This document shows, piece after piece, positions 10,235 to 22,639 of a stretch of 64,000 nt of DNA; position 1 is the first letter of the stretch; every line of letters starts with the position of its first letter. A program made the position numbers and the translations under genes. This stretch comes from Heterodontus francisci (taxonomy: Eukaryota), in the NCBI RefSeq assembly GCF_036365525.1, contig NC_090376.1:148064966-148128965 (forward strand), read 5' to 3'. Below the pieces are notes generated by a model. That model searched no databases and was not told where the DNA came from. It saw only the letters and a program-made list of their open reading frames with translations.

Positions 10235-12405
10235 AGGCTGAATTTTTACTTACCTCACTTACTGGGTGCTGCCGCATGGCAGGGTTTGGGGTGGTGGGTT
10301 GTGTGTGGTCCAAAAGGCATGTGAAACCTGGAAGTCAGGAATCCCAGAAACACTATGGAATTTTAATTCCATGACATGATGTTACCAATTGGTTCTCAAC
10401 CAAGAGGCCAAGCCTGATTAACTGGCTTCCAGTCAGACAGGGAGCTGATCAGTTAAAGCTGCTGGACCAGGCAGGTTTGCTCCATGGTGGCAGTCTTGGA
10501 GGGGGAAACAATCGGGGATGGGGATAAGGGATCAATTGTGGGAGGTTTGATCGTAAAGGAGTGTGGTCGATCAGGGAAGGGTCGATCCCAGGGAGGGGAA
10601 CAGTGAGGGTGATTTGCAGTCAATCTGAGGGGGTGGGGGGGAACAATTGGGTGACATGGGATTGGAGGCCTAGTGATGGGGAATTTTGGCTTGGTTGTTG
10701 GGGCAGTGGAATCAGGGTCTGGTGGTGGTGGGGGTGAATTGGCTGCCTGGTGGTGGAGGTGGGATTAGGGGCCTGGTGGTGGAGGAGGATTGAGGCCTGG
10801 TGGGGTGGGGGAATCAGGCACTTGGCAATGGCAGAGGGATTGGGCCTGTTGGTGATGGGGGATAGGAGGTCTGAGGGGAAGGTTAGTGGGGAATTGCCCA
10901 ATCGCAGAGTCTCCTCAGGCTGGTACTGGGATCCAGGAAGTAAGTGTAAAGGCACTAACCAGAGTTAAAGTTGAAAAACTAAATTTTTTTTTTTTTTATT
11001 TCCAAAATATACTTTATTCATAAAAATCTGTAAAAATTACATTGCCAAACAGTTTCCAAACAGCACCAAAAAATACAAACATTGCAAGGGAGATCAGTTT
11101 CCTTCAATACTGTCATGAGTTTCTTCCCAACCCTTCCGTTTCACAATTGTCATGTCAATTACAGTTTTACATTTACAGCAATTGAGAATATTAACGAAAC
11201 AGTTCGAGGGGTTTCCCATGGATCCAGCCCCTCAGTCCAGCTTGGTGGGGTACCTTACACTGTGGTCTTTCCCCATTGAGCCTTTGCTGCGGCTGCCCCA
11301 AGCTTTAGTGCGTCCCTCAGCACGTAGTCCTGGACCTTGGAATGTGCCAGTCTGCAACATTCGGTGGTGGACAACTCTTTGCGCTGGAAGATCAGCATGT
11401 TTCGGGCAGACCAAAGGGCGTCTTTCACCGAATTGATAGTCCTCCAGCAGCAGTTGATGTTTGTCTCGGTGTGCGTCCCTGGGAACAGCCCGTAGAGCAC
11501 AGACTCCTGTGTTACAGAGCTGCTTGGGATGAACCATGACAAAAACCACTGCATCTCTTTCCACACCTGCTTTGCAAAGGCACATTCCAGGAGGAGGTGG
11601 GCGACCGTCTCTTCCCCACCACAGCCAATGCGGGGGCACTGTGCGGAGGGGGCGAGACTTCGGGTGTGCATGAAGGATCTGACGGGGAGGGCCCTTCTCA
11701 CCACCAGCCAAGCTACGTCTTGGTGCTTGTTTGAAAGTTCTGGTGATGAGGCATTCCGCCAAATGACTTTGACGGTCTGCTCGGGGAACCATCCGACAGG
11801 ATCCACCGTTTCCTTTTCCCGTAGGGCCTTGAGGACATTCCGTGCAGACCACTGCCTGATGGATCGGTGGTCAAAGGTGTTTTTCCGCAGAAACTGCTCC
11901 ACGAAGGATAGGTGGTACGGCACGTCCCAACTGCACGGAGCGTTCCGCGGCAATGTGACCAGGCCCATCCTTCGCAACACCGTGGACAGATAGAACCTCA
12001 GCACGTAGTGACACTTGGAGTTTGCGTACTGGGGATCTACACATAGCTTGATGCAGCCGCACACGAAGGTGGTCATCAGGATGAGGGCCACGTTGGGTAC
12101 ATTTTTCCCGCCCATGTCCAGAGATTTGAACATCGTGTCCCTCCGGACCCGGTCCATTTTAGATCCCCAGACAAAGCGGAAAATGGCTCGGGTGAAAAAC
12201 TAAATGACCATGAGGCTCGCAGCCTCATTATCATATTTAAAGTTCCAAACTGTCTCCTTGGACTGGGTTAGTCACCCACCCACTTTCTGGACTTGGTTAA
12301 AGTTAGAAACGGGTGGGTTGGAAGTGGGTTTGGTTTGGGAAACTGATATTTCAACTTTAATCCCCACCTGACTCAAACCTGTCTTTTTAGGTTACAATTC
12401 ATCCC
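10235..12405. mobile_element. Non-autonomous Harbinger-type element (MITE family 2), split by Tx1 copy 3
   Basis: Degenerate termini AGGCTGAATT / AATTCATCCC; internal blocks match 21834-22639 in reverse orientation (GAGGCTCGCAGCCTCATTATCATATTTAAA; GGATCCAGGAAGTAAGTGT). Confidence 0.6.
10985..12192 (-). mobile_element. Tx1/L1-clade LINE copy 3 (3' 1.2 kb)
   Basis: ORF 11255..12157 matches the C-terminus of copy 1; poly(A) tail; 13-bp TSD TGAAAAACTAAAT at 10972-10984 and 12193-12205. Confidence 0.93.
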
Positions 12406-12649
12406 AAGATATCTATCATTTGATGAGAATAAACATTCATTAGAAATTTAAATTTGAATAATGGGTTTCTCAGCCAACAGGGAGCTATTCTAAGCTGAAG
12501 CTCCTTTGACAGATTTGTTGAAATAGAATGATTAGTTTTAACAAACTTTGGCAGAATAGAGTAAAATTCTGTTACAGTTTGGAACAACTGTATTTATATG
12601 AACTTCTTGGGGAACTCTGTACACAGTATATAAAATACCTATAATACTT

Positions 12650-12950
12650 CTGTTTTATTATTGGGATGTGGGCACCACAGACAGTGTAGTATTTATTAGC
12701 CATCTCTATTTGCTCCAAGGATCAACCACATAGATTAAGACTCGATGCACATATCGGCCACATCAGGTCGGGATTTCAGTGCCCCCCCCCCCCCCCCTCC
12801 TGATGAACATAAATGAGCTAGTTGGGTTTTTACAACAAACCGAAAGTTTTCATTTTTTAGTTAATTGACAGAAGTCAATTTTATAATGTACAGTGGTGAG
12901 ATTTGAAAATATGACCTCTGGGTTATTAGTCCCATACTATGACCACTAGG
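12650..12950 (-). mobile_element. Decayed SINE with family-B LINE 3' tail
   Basis: GGGATGTGGGC tail motif and TACTATGACCAC (A-box complement), as in 35093-35823; contains a C16 run. Confidence 0.5.
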
Positions 12951-14869
12951 TGAGAAAATATAAAATAAGCAGAGAGGGAATGTAAATGTTCAAAGTGTGA
13001 GAAACTAATTATTATAAAATACTATGGAAAGGAAGATGTGAAACCTGTAATCTGTAATCTGAAACCTGTAAGGGCATTTCAAATAGCAAATAAAAATTTT
13101 AAAATTTGTTTCAGAAGTAACAACCCGAATTTTACTTGGGGTGAGGGGTGGGCATTAATTTCTATGTGAGGTCCAAACCACCTTTCCTGCCCTTTTTTTG
13201 CACCTACTCCACTTTGATTTCCTTACTGAAGCCAGTATCAGGAACCGACACAAAGTTAAATCACTGTCGGATTCTGGTTGATGCCAATGGTAAAATCTCA
13301 ATGAACCCCTGGTTTGTCTGGGACGAGACTCTTGCATGCTGCCTGAAACTCACTACTAACATTGTGCAGAGTGCATGTATGGATCCGCTGAGAGTCACAC
13401 CACCGATATTCTAACCTCTGCATACTCTGGCCCTGAAAATAGGACAGATTTTGCTGTGAATGGCGAAGCTGTTCGTTACATTTGCACTTGACAATAGGAA
13501 TTCATAGGTGAGTTCCTCAGGTGATGGGCATGGGGGAAGCAATAGGCGAGCATGAAGGATGATCACACGTTCCAAGTTACAGACATTTGGCCGAGCTGCA
13601 GCCAACTCTGTGTGCTTCTGTCTGGAGTGTCACATGGGTTTGGTGGTTCTGTTTTCTCCTGCAGGTGAATCACAATAATGGCCAGGCGACATCTCCAGGG
13701 AACAGCCAGAAAGAAAGGTTCCTCAGAGGGTGCAGCAACAGATCCTTGTCCTGCACCATCCACTGGATCAGATACTGTTGCCTTGATAGGCCAATGCGTG
13801 AGTAGAGATTCGAGGTTACAATCTAGTACGGGCACCGCACAAGTGCCAGACCAGATGTCAAGGCTGTGACAGCTGAGGTCTCTGGCATTCAGAGGAGTGT
13901 AAGAGACCAGGCCCATGCTGAGCCCCGAGCTGATAACGAGACTCTGGAGTCACCCATGAGGCATGCAGATGCTGAACATGCAGCATGTGTTGTGTGGAGA
14001 TCTGGCAGAGATTAAAGAGGGCATGTGGCCCTGTCTCAGACAGTGCAGAAGTCCATGCAGGCCATGAGCGCTGCCTTTTCCCTCTCGTCAGCGCACATGG
14101 TCTTCTCCATCGAGAGATTGGCGACTCGCCTGGAGAGCCACATCCAGAATGCCAGTCAGTGCATGCTGGAGATGAATGCAGATCTGCATGCCATCACCTT
14201 GTCGCTAAGCATGAGGGATCAGTGGCAAGGCGAGAGGGGGATGGGATACCTGGAGTCTCCGCCAGGTTCTCGTCCTTCTCAGGTCAGCAGGGAGGTACAA
14301 GTATGCCTCGCGATGGTGGTGGAGCAACAGCAGTCTGCATCTGGGAGCTCCATTCAGGGTACTCTTGGTGCGGCCAGTGGATCCTCAGCTTCTCTGCCAG
14401 TAACACCAGCACCTCAAGTTGCCAGGATGACAGAGGAGGCTTCTGCGACTCTTCAGTATGCTGGGGCCCTTTCGGCCTCAGGCCGAAGACGGCCACCAAG
14501 ATCATCCCAAGCCATGGGGCATCTTAGTCAGCAGTCTGCCTCTCCGCAGCTGGTAGTGAATGGGGTAAAACAGAAGGGAGCACTTGAAAAATATTTAAGA
14601 AATCACAGTAACTGCATTTGGGCTTCATGGGTGTGAGTTCAATTTATGTGGCTTTTTAAATCGTGTAGTGAACCTTTATGAAATGGCTCTTTGCTTATGA
14701 GTGTCTCAATGCAGCAATGGTGGCCACAGCGTTCTGCATGTGTGGGAGGTAGCAACTCGGAGCTGGATGGGGATGACCATGGTATATGTGCTAATCAGAT
14801 GGACCATCGCCGAAGTGTTATGCACTGATGAGTGAGTCATTCTGGGCTTCCAGCAGATGTTAGTGGCTG

Positions 14870-16510
14870 CAGTGAGTCTGGAATGTGGATCTTTGGTAGA
14901 CAAGATGGCTGATGTGCTGCAGTTCAGGGGAAATGCCTGAGTATAAGAGCTTCCTGAACCTCCTTAGCACCCAACTCTTGAGACCGACCAAGTGGTCCCA
15001 TAGGCTGGTCAGGATGCTGCGGCTCCTCTTCGGCAACCTTAACTGAGGATGCCTCACACGCTACTGTGTCTTCAGCACACAGGGCCTCCCACCTCTCCAG
15101 AACCAGGTTATGCAAAGCGCAACAGACAACCACAATTCAAGATACACTTGCTGGTGGATACTGAAGGGCTCCACCCGAGCAGTCCAGGCACCTAAATCTC
15201 ATCTTGAGCAGGCTGATGCACGGCGTGGTGGGGGGTGGAGGGGGTGGTTGGCAGTGAAAAGCTGTGGCACCCAGGAGTGCCAGAGAATGTAAGCATTGTG
15301 ACTACTCCCTGGATAATAAACACACACCTGTAATATCCACTGGCGGTGGTCACAGACGAGTTGGACGTTGAGAGAGTGAAATCTCTTCCGATTGATGAAG
15401 GCCCCTGGTTGGTCTGTGGGAGTTCTGATGGCCACATGCATGCAGTCAATGACATCTTGGACTGGCGACATCGTGCCAAAGCCTCTGGCTGTCTCGTCCT
15501 GAATGTCTGCATTGGTTGTAGGCTCGATGGGCTGGATTTTAAAGGGTCTCCGATGCAGGAAAGGGTGGCGGGGGATATGAAGATTGCAAAGGATGATGCC
15601 CGCCACTGACCCTGATGTCAGCAGGCCCTGTCCTGATCTCAACAGAGGCGGAGAGGCCTCATGGTGCCCCCGCCCCAGCCCCACACTGCTACCCCCCCCA
15701 ACACCCCTGCCCCCCGCTCAGTGACAGGACCACGATTTCCATATTGAAATAAACTAACCTACCTGAATTAATGAAGGTCCATCGCCATCTTATTGGTCGC
15801 ACCAATCTTCATTCGGGTGGGCGGCAATGCTGCGCCTTCGAATCCCCTTTCGGGGAAACGAGGCGTGACACATGTGGGGAGTGGGGAGGAGATGATTTTC
15901 TCAGTATGGGAGGTGGGGGGAGCCAGGTCAAATGCTTCGGATTGGTTGGGGGTGTGATGGGAAGGGGTAAAGGGCAAAGGTTCTGAACTTTGCGGCGGGG
16001 GGGTTGTGGAGGGAAGCTCCTATATGCATGGTTGGTATTCTGGCGGGGGAAAGGTCACAATGATGTTTAATGTCATTTGGGGGGAGGGGTGGGAGAGGGC
16101 ATGGAAAGACTTTTCAATTAATTTTTATTAACTGTACAATAACTTGCACTTTAAAAATTGCAGTTGTCATTTAGGTCTCGGAGCCCTTTAAAAATGATGT
16201 TGGAGCCTGTGCATTGGACGCCGTTGCCGGTGCTGGCTCGCCCACCCCCTCCATGTCATCGGGTGGGGATGGGGGGTGGCCACCCTGGCCATGCTAATGA
16301 GCCTACCTGTTTGGAATTGCGGTAGCTCTGCGACATGGGCCCCGTGAGTGCGGGCCACCATATTTTTCGCCCGCCGCTTATTTCAATGGCGGGCTTTTAA
16401 AATGCAGCCCAATGTATTGGATGGCCCTCCTAAAGAGGGCATTGGTCACAGCCTTCATGCAGTGAATTGAAGCTGATTGGGAGATGCTGCACGTGTCCAG
16501 TGGCAGCCTG
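14870..16510 (-). pseudogene. HARBI1-like DDE transposase, interrupted by a MITE
   Basis: ISQSASIHCMKAVTNALFRRAIQYI (16412-16490), then after the MITE VIDCMHVAI, INRKRFHSLNVQLVCD, YPGSSHNAYIL, VVCCALHNL. Confidence 0.85.
15529..16410. mobile_element. Harbinger-type MITE (family 1), 882 bp
   Basis: TIRs GGGCTGGATTTT / AAAATGCAGCCC; 3-bp flanks GAT/AAT; internally similar to 24640-25479. Confidence 0.85.
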
Positions 16511-16672
16511 GCACGCGCAGAGGTCGGCAACCAGTCCGTACACAGACTCAGTCCATGGTAAAAGATTTTGTGGGCCATGACTGGTAATTTCAGGGAAGAG
16601 ACACTTCCCATTGACTTCTTCTTTCTCACCAGACCGACTATTAAAAAAAAAATCGCACTGTCAGTTTCACAG

Positions 16673-16822
16673 CTGACAAATGCTGAGAGCAGGAACGGTG
16701 CTTCCGAACTTTGGACAGCTTCAGGTTTTCCGACAGGTTACGATTTTTTTTAAAGCCCGTTGGAAAACCCCGAATCTGTCTGAAATTCAGAAACTACTGT
16801 TCCTGCTCTCAGCAACTGTCAG
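16673..16822. repeat. 150-bp imperfect palindrome
   Basis: CTGACAAATGCTGAGAGCAGGAAC...GTTCCTGCTCTCAGCAACTGTCAG; arms pair nearly to the central T-run. Confidence 0.85.
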
Positions 16823-17280
16823 AAAGAGAGAGATACAGGGGGAGAGACAGAGAGACACATCGAGAGGGATGGAGAGAGAGGGAGAGAGAGAGAAAGACAG
16901 AGAGAGGGACAGAGAGAGAGGGGGGAAGACAGAGTGGGGACAGCGAGAGGGGTGCAGAGAGAGAGAGGGGGGAGAGAGAGGGGGTCAGAGAGAGAGGTGA
17001 GGGAGAGAGATATGGGACAGAGAGAGAGGGGGAGATGGGGAGGGGGACAGAGATAGAGGAGGGACAGGGAGAGAGGGGGACAGAGAGAGCGGGAGCGACA
17101 TGGGGGGACAACACAGAGAAGGTGAAATGAAACGGAGAGGGGAGGGAACAATACAGAGAGGGTGGACAATACAGAGAGGGTGGATAACACAGAGAGGGGG
17201 CAACACAGAGGGGGGAACAAAGAGAGGGGGGATCACAGAGGGGGGGTAATCAATGAAGGGAACACAAAGAGGCACAGAGA

Positions 17281-17311
<31 letters not shown>

Positions 17312-17323
17312 GAGGAGGAAGAG
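16823..17323 (+). repeat. GA-rich low-complexity tract with about 18-bp ACAATACAGAGAGGGTGG units
   Basis: Visible directly in the sequence. Confidence 0.9.
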
Positions 17324-17643
17324 AATGCGATCAAGATCACTCCTGGCAAATGTACATCTATCCAGAACACACTGTATATCGCTGCAACAGGTGTGTGGGC
17401 AGACATTGATGACTTGTTCAAGCAACTATAATGCTAGGTATCTCACTAAATCAGTGTTCAACATAGTGATGAAAAGGTAAGTCAATAAATTAGTCTTCTA
17501 ATTTAAAGCTTCTTCACAAAAATGCATATTTTTTGTTGTTTTGATTAATAGTAAGCTAAAGTTTTAATGCCCTAATCTTTCTGAAATTGTCTCAGCAGTC
17601 CCTTATGTAAGACAAAAATTATAATGTGGCCCTCTCACATGAA

Positions 17644-17800
17644 NNNNNNNNNNNNNNNNNNNNNNNNNNNNNNNNNNNNNNNNNNNNNNNNNNNNNNNNN
17701 NNNNNNNNNNNNNNNNNNNNNNNNNNNNNNNNNNNNNNNNNNNNNNNNNNNNNNNNNNNNNNNNNNNNNNNNNNNNNNNNNNNNNNNNNNNNNNNNNNNN
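17644..17800. other. Assembly gap (157 N)
   Basis: Run of n. Confidence 1.
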
Positions 17801-17912
17801 CTCTCTCTCCCACCCTCTCTGTATGTCCTTCTATTTCTTTCCCCCCTCTCTCTCCTCCTCCTCTCTCTCTCTCTCTCTGTTCCCCTCTCTCTCTGTCTCT
17901 CTCCCCCACTCC
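17801..17912 (+). repeat. CT-rich microsatellite
   Basis: Visible directly in the sequence. Confidence 0.9.
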
Positions 17913-19619
17913 CTAGCAGCTAGGTTATTTTCAAACAGAAGTTTAAAGGCTTGTGTTATGTAAACTTATTTTAAAATGACAAAAGTCACTTAAGGAATGT
18001 TTCCATTTCTACATTTTGGCATGCATTACTTTCACTTGGGAGACAAGCTTAGTAACATGTTGAAAGTTGCTGGGCTTTTACTTCCATATAAATGTCTCAA
18101 TTCCACTGCTATCCATTTGGAAGCACATTGTTGCAGAACTTGTATTGAGGGGAAAACAGGCAAGAAAATCCAAGGAATCTCCACAAGTCAGCACTGTAAG
18201 TTCCTCATGAATATAAGAGTGTGGTATAATGGGACTGAGTAATATTAGCAAACACAGGATGCTGCTGACCCATATAAAATAGTTAGTAAATACATTGTAA
18301 CGGATAGCTTTATTAAACCTTAATCTATGATGAACTGTCTATAATTCCTGAACAAAATCTGTGCTGCATAAGCAGTTTCGAAAACTGACAAGAAGACATG
18401 TTAAAAATCTGTTATGTTTCAATGACCATGTTAGAAATTGTCATTAACTGATTTTTTTTGCTGTGAAATGGATTAAAGGACAAGTTTTACGAGTATGTCA
18501 AAGATCAATAACTGCATCATTTACTATCCAGTTTGAGGGCAGATATCCTGAGTGGCCAATGTCATTTGAAAGTTTTCTGTATCATATAATTACATTACAT
18601 TAAAAGTGCATCTTTGCTAACAGGTAGGAAATTTGGCTTGGACATAAATTAGTTAACTGAGAGTACAATCTTACAGATAGTGGCTAAGCATTTTGCAACT
18701 GAATAATACATGCAGTAACAGTCCCTCAACTTCTTGCAGAAAACCTTTTTATTAATAATTAACTTGTCAGAGCTGAATCAGGATTGACAGTGATAGACTG
18801 AGATATAGACATCAGGGAATTTAAGCGAATTACTTTATTGGAGGAATAAATCGTGTTCATCTAATTTTGTCTCTAGCTTTGGTGAGTAAATGACATTTTG
18901 GCTGTGTGAGATGCTGTTGTTTCTGTATTTTAGAATCCAGGACCTGGCTTAACAGCCTATCAACGGAAATAAACTAGTCTTGGCTACCTACTGTTAATCA
19001 CTCTGTTCCCGACTGTCCTACTCTGCTTTTTTGTTTGACATAACTCTTCTGAAGTACTATCTGTTCCATCCTATAAAATTATCCTAATCTGGAGATCACT
19101 GCCCTGTTGTTTGCTGTCCCATCTTCAGACACATGAGAAAAGCTGGTGGAGGTGTTCCACAAACATTGACCATCACGGGTAAAATTATGTTGTGATAATA
19201 GCAGTGTGAGAAATGGTCCATCTTCCTATTGATGATTTTTCTACTGACGCACCTCAATAACCACAATAACAATCCTCTTCTTGAGTTTCATGGCTTATTG
19301 GAGGAATTTGCTCTCCTGACACAGTGTGAATCCACAGAGGTCATCCAATAAGGTCTATCTACTACCCGTGGCATGGTGTAGCTAGCTGTATTCTGTCAAC
19401 AAAAGTAATTCGCATTGGCATTGCATACAATTTAGCTTGCTTGCTAGCTAATACAGTTGTGCTGCTCTCCTTTGACGTTTGCACGCTTAGCTACCTTTTT
19501 ATAGGGAAAATGTGTTTTAAATCAGGCTGTGTTTTGATGGCATAAGATTGGCTGTATACTTTATATACAGATTAATTGCCCCCATCACCATGGCTGAGTA
19601 AATAATTTTGTCAAATGTC

Positions 19620-21198
19620 CATGGTGCAACATGTCGGTGCCTATCCCTGGGCATGAACCTGAGGCATAGAAATTTAGGGCGACTGTGACTTTGAGAGTCA
19701 CTAGCATTGGACGCCCACCCACACAATTAGAGCTGACTGCCACCACCATCATATCACACACAGCCATCACAATCTGACAGGACAGTCACAGTCATCAGAG
19801 ACATTGGCACTCTGACATCTGGAGGAAGGATGTCCGCTGCTGGTGCACCCTGCCTACTGGGTTGCCTTGTCTTCTTGCAAGTCCTAGTGCTCGGTGCAAT
19901 TTGTGGCCTTCTGCTCCTTTCCCATCACAAGGCTGCACCTGCAAGAGGCTAGCAGGACATTCTGCCCTTGGCCACCAGCTTGCCTTTCCCTCCTTCTCCA
20001 AATCTACTCCTCGCTGGAGGTGCTTCCTCCGGAATGGAAGAGATTTCCAATCTCCCCTTTAATTTGAAGCCACAACTTCACTAACCTGAGTCCTTTGGTC
20101 CCCTTAATCTGCTGACACGTTGCCACTCATTTAAAGCTGGGTGGCTTTGATCCCCATGTGCATTCTGTAAAATGCTGCAGGACTTATAAAATAGAAGTCA
20201 ATCGAATTTTCAAATACCTTAACTAGCCTTTAATTGGCCTTTATCGGATGGTGAGCGGAGTCCCCATCTTGCTTGCCGTCCGTTGCACATAAGATGCGTT
20301 CAGGCATGATGCCGTTGGGGGCCCAGGCCGATGTCATTACGCACCAATTTTTGTTCCTGCACCTCCAACGATATCCGCATTTCAAAGATAATCCACTTTG
20401 GTAGCAAAAACAGGAAGGCTGATTATTATCTGAACGACTATAAACTGAGAGAGGGGAATATGCAATAAGACCTGGGTGTTCTCGTATACAAGTCGCTGAC
20501 GGTAAGCATGCAGGTGCAACAGGTGGTAAAAAAGGCAAATGGTATGTTGGCCTTCATAGTGAGAGGATTCGAGTACAGGAGCAAGGATGTCTTGCTGCCA
20601 TTATACAGGGCCTTGGTGAGGACACACCTGGAATATTGTGTGCAGTTTTGGTCTCCTTATCTGAGGAAGGATGTTCTTGCTATAGATGGAATGCAGCAAA
20701 AGTTTACCAGACTGATTCCTGGGATGGCAGGACTGACATATGAGGAGAGATTGAGTCGGTTAGGATTATATTTGCTGGAGTTCAGAAGAGTGAGGGGGGA
20801 TCTCATAGAAACCTATAAAATTCGAACAGGACTTGACAGGGTAGATGCAGGAAGGATGTTCCCAATGGTGGGGGAGTCCAGAACCAGGTGTCATAGTCTA
20901 AGGGTACGGGGTAAACCTTTCAGGACTGAGATGAGGAGAAATTACTTCACCCAGAGAGTGGTGAGCCTGTGGAATTTGCTACCACAGAAAGCAGTTGAGG
21001 CCAAAACATTGTATCTTTCAAGAAGGAGTTAGATATAGCTCTTGGGTCTAAAGGGATCAAAGGATATGGGGGGAAAGTGGGAACTGGTTACTGAGTTGGA
21101 TGATCAGCCATGATCATAATGAATGGTGGAGCAGGCTCTAAGGGCCGAATGGCCTACTCCTGCTCTTATTTTCGATGTTTCTATGTAAAATTCCGGTC
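19620..21198 (-). mobile_element. Harbinger fragment (HARBI1 5' part and terminus), interrupted by CR1
   Basis: GGRPMLVTLKVTVALNFYASGS (ORF 19585..19770); TIR-like AAAATTCCGGTC directly after the CR1 tail. Confidence 0.65.
20386..21186 (+). mobile_element. CR1 LINE 3' fragment
   Basis: ORF 20508..21032: LYRALVRTHLEYCVQFWSP, FTQRVVSLWNLLP; tail GGGCCGAATGGCCTACTCCTGCTC...TTTCTATGT. Confidence 0.9.
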
Positions 21199-21833
21199 AT
21201 ATTCTTTTTTGTAAATCTCAAGCAATAATTAAAAGCCGAAGGCATGAGATCCTACACTTGTCGAAGTTAATTTTCAGTGCCAGAGAGTTTGTTTGACAGT
21301 AATTAAGACTTGCCACAATATCAAATAGGTACTTAGACTGGAATGGATAAGACCTCACTTTCTGTGGTGCGTTTAGTCCATAACTATGACTTGAGGGCAG
21401 GAACGCAACATTTGAATGGGAAGCCAGATGGCAAGATGCTGTTTTTACTTAACTTACGCATCTTGGACAGCAAGTTCTGGACTTTTGCACTTAACTGTAC
21501 ATCTGCACTCATCTAAAGTTGATGTCTGATTTGTACAGAAATAACAGTAAACACTGTTATCCTCATCATTATTTTCACAACAAAATCTGGGTCAATAACT
21601 GTGAGGTGGGAAGGGAGTGTGGGTGGGGGAGGTGGTGTGGGAGGGGAGATTTAGCACTGGAAAACCAGAAATAGTTTCCTGGAGGTCCTGTTGAATTTAA
21701 TGGCAGGACCAGATTTAATTTTTTTTGAATTGTTTCCTCTGAAGTTGACTGGTGATCAGGAGGAAGTGACAGTGCTCAATTTTTCCAAAGGTTTCTCTTG
21801 TTGTTTCACAATGAACCATACAATGCCTGCATT

Positions 21834-22639
21834 GGGCTGAAGTATTAACTTAAAAAAACAGGCAGTTTGGGTCGGGTGGAGGGTTAAAGTCTCAGAAAAC
21901 CATTTTGTGACCCAAACCCACCCATTTCTGGATTTATTTGAAGCCAGAAGGTGGACAGGCAGCCAACCCAATCCAAGGAGTGAGTTTGCAACTTTAAATA
22001 TGATAACGAGGCTGCGAGCCTTATTGCCATGCAGATTTTGAAATTTAACTGCTTTTGTACAGGTTTGCTGAGCACCAGAGAGCCAGCAGCTTCCTCGAGG
22101 TGAGGACTTAGTGGATTCAGAAAGTAAGTGCCTTCACACTTGCCTCCTGGATCCAGGCACCTGTCTGAGGAGACTTCACAATCAGGGTCCACTCCAACAA
22201 CCTTCCCCATGAGGCCTCCAACCTCTAAACCCTCGGCCTTCGATTCCCCTCACCACAAGGCCATCCTGATTGGCAGCTCCCTCCAATCAACCCCCCCAAG
22301 CCCCGGATCACTCACCCCTCCAACTGATCTGCCCAACTCCACCTCTGGTTGACCCACCCTGCAAGCCAACCCCCTTCTCCTACAGTTGCTCCACCCAACT
22401 CCAAGCAACACCTCCGGTCCCACCAACACGAACTTACCACTGCTGCGGCCATCACTGATTGGCTCCTGACATGATTGGAGAACCAGCTGCCAATTAGGCT
22501 TCCAGGCGGGGAACCGATCAGTAACATCAATGACACCAGTTAACGCTCCACAGTGTTTGGGCGAATGTCAACTTGCAGGTTTCCCCCAACCTTCTGACTG
22601 GCCAACTCCCTGTGCGTCAGGTCAGTAAAAATTATGCCC
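21834..22639. mobile_element. Harbinger-type MITE (family 2)
   Basis: Termini GGGCTGAAGT / AAAAATTATGCCC with perfect 3-bp TSD ATT (21831-21833, 22640-22642). Confidence 0.75.

Larger units (their letters stand above)
13122..16510. mobile_element. Harbinger (PIF/Harbinger) transposon, decayed two-gene element
   Basis: Plus-strand accessory-gene 3' exon (ORF 14025..14636, similar to 34657..35130) convergent with a minus-strand HARBI1-like transposase; degenerate left TIR ACCCGAATTTT. Confidence 0.75.
16518..17643 (+). mobile_element. Non-autonomous hAT (Charlie/SPIN-like) element; right end lost in the gap
   Basis: hAT-type left terminus CAGAGGTCGGCAACC; transposase C-terminal remnant RSLLANVHL/QNTLYIAATGVWADIDDLFKQL..C.VSH* (17325-17450); subterminal AATGTGGCCCTC at 17623. 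Confidence 0.75.

Noticed and set aside
12782-12797. C16 homopolymer
   Set aside because: Lies inside a decayed SINE; slippage expansion with no evidence of function.
16680-17431. Several long E/R/G- or L/S/P-rich ORFs
   Set aside because: Translations of the GA/CT low-complexity tract.
17324-17482. Exon-like stretch ending AAG|GTAAGT
   Set aside because: Translates as a hAT transposase C-terminal remnant (...ADIDDLFKQ..VSH*) with stops, not a host exon.
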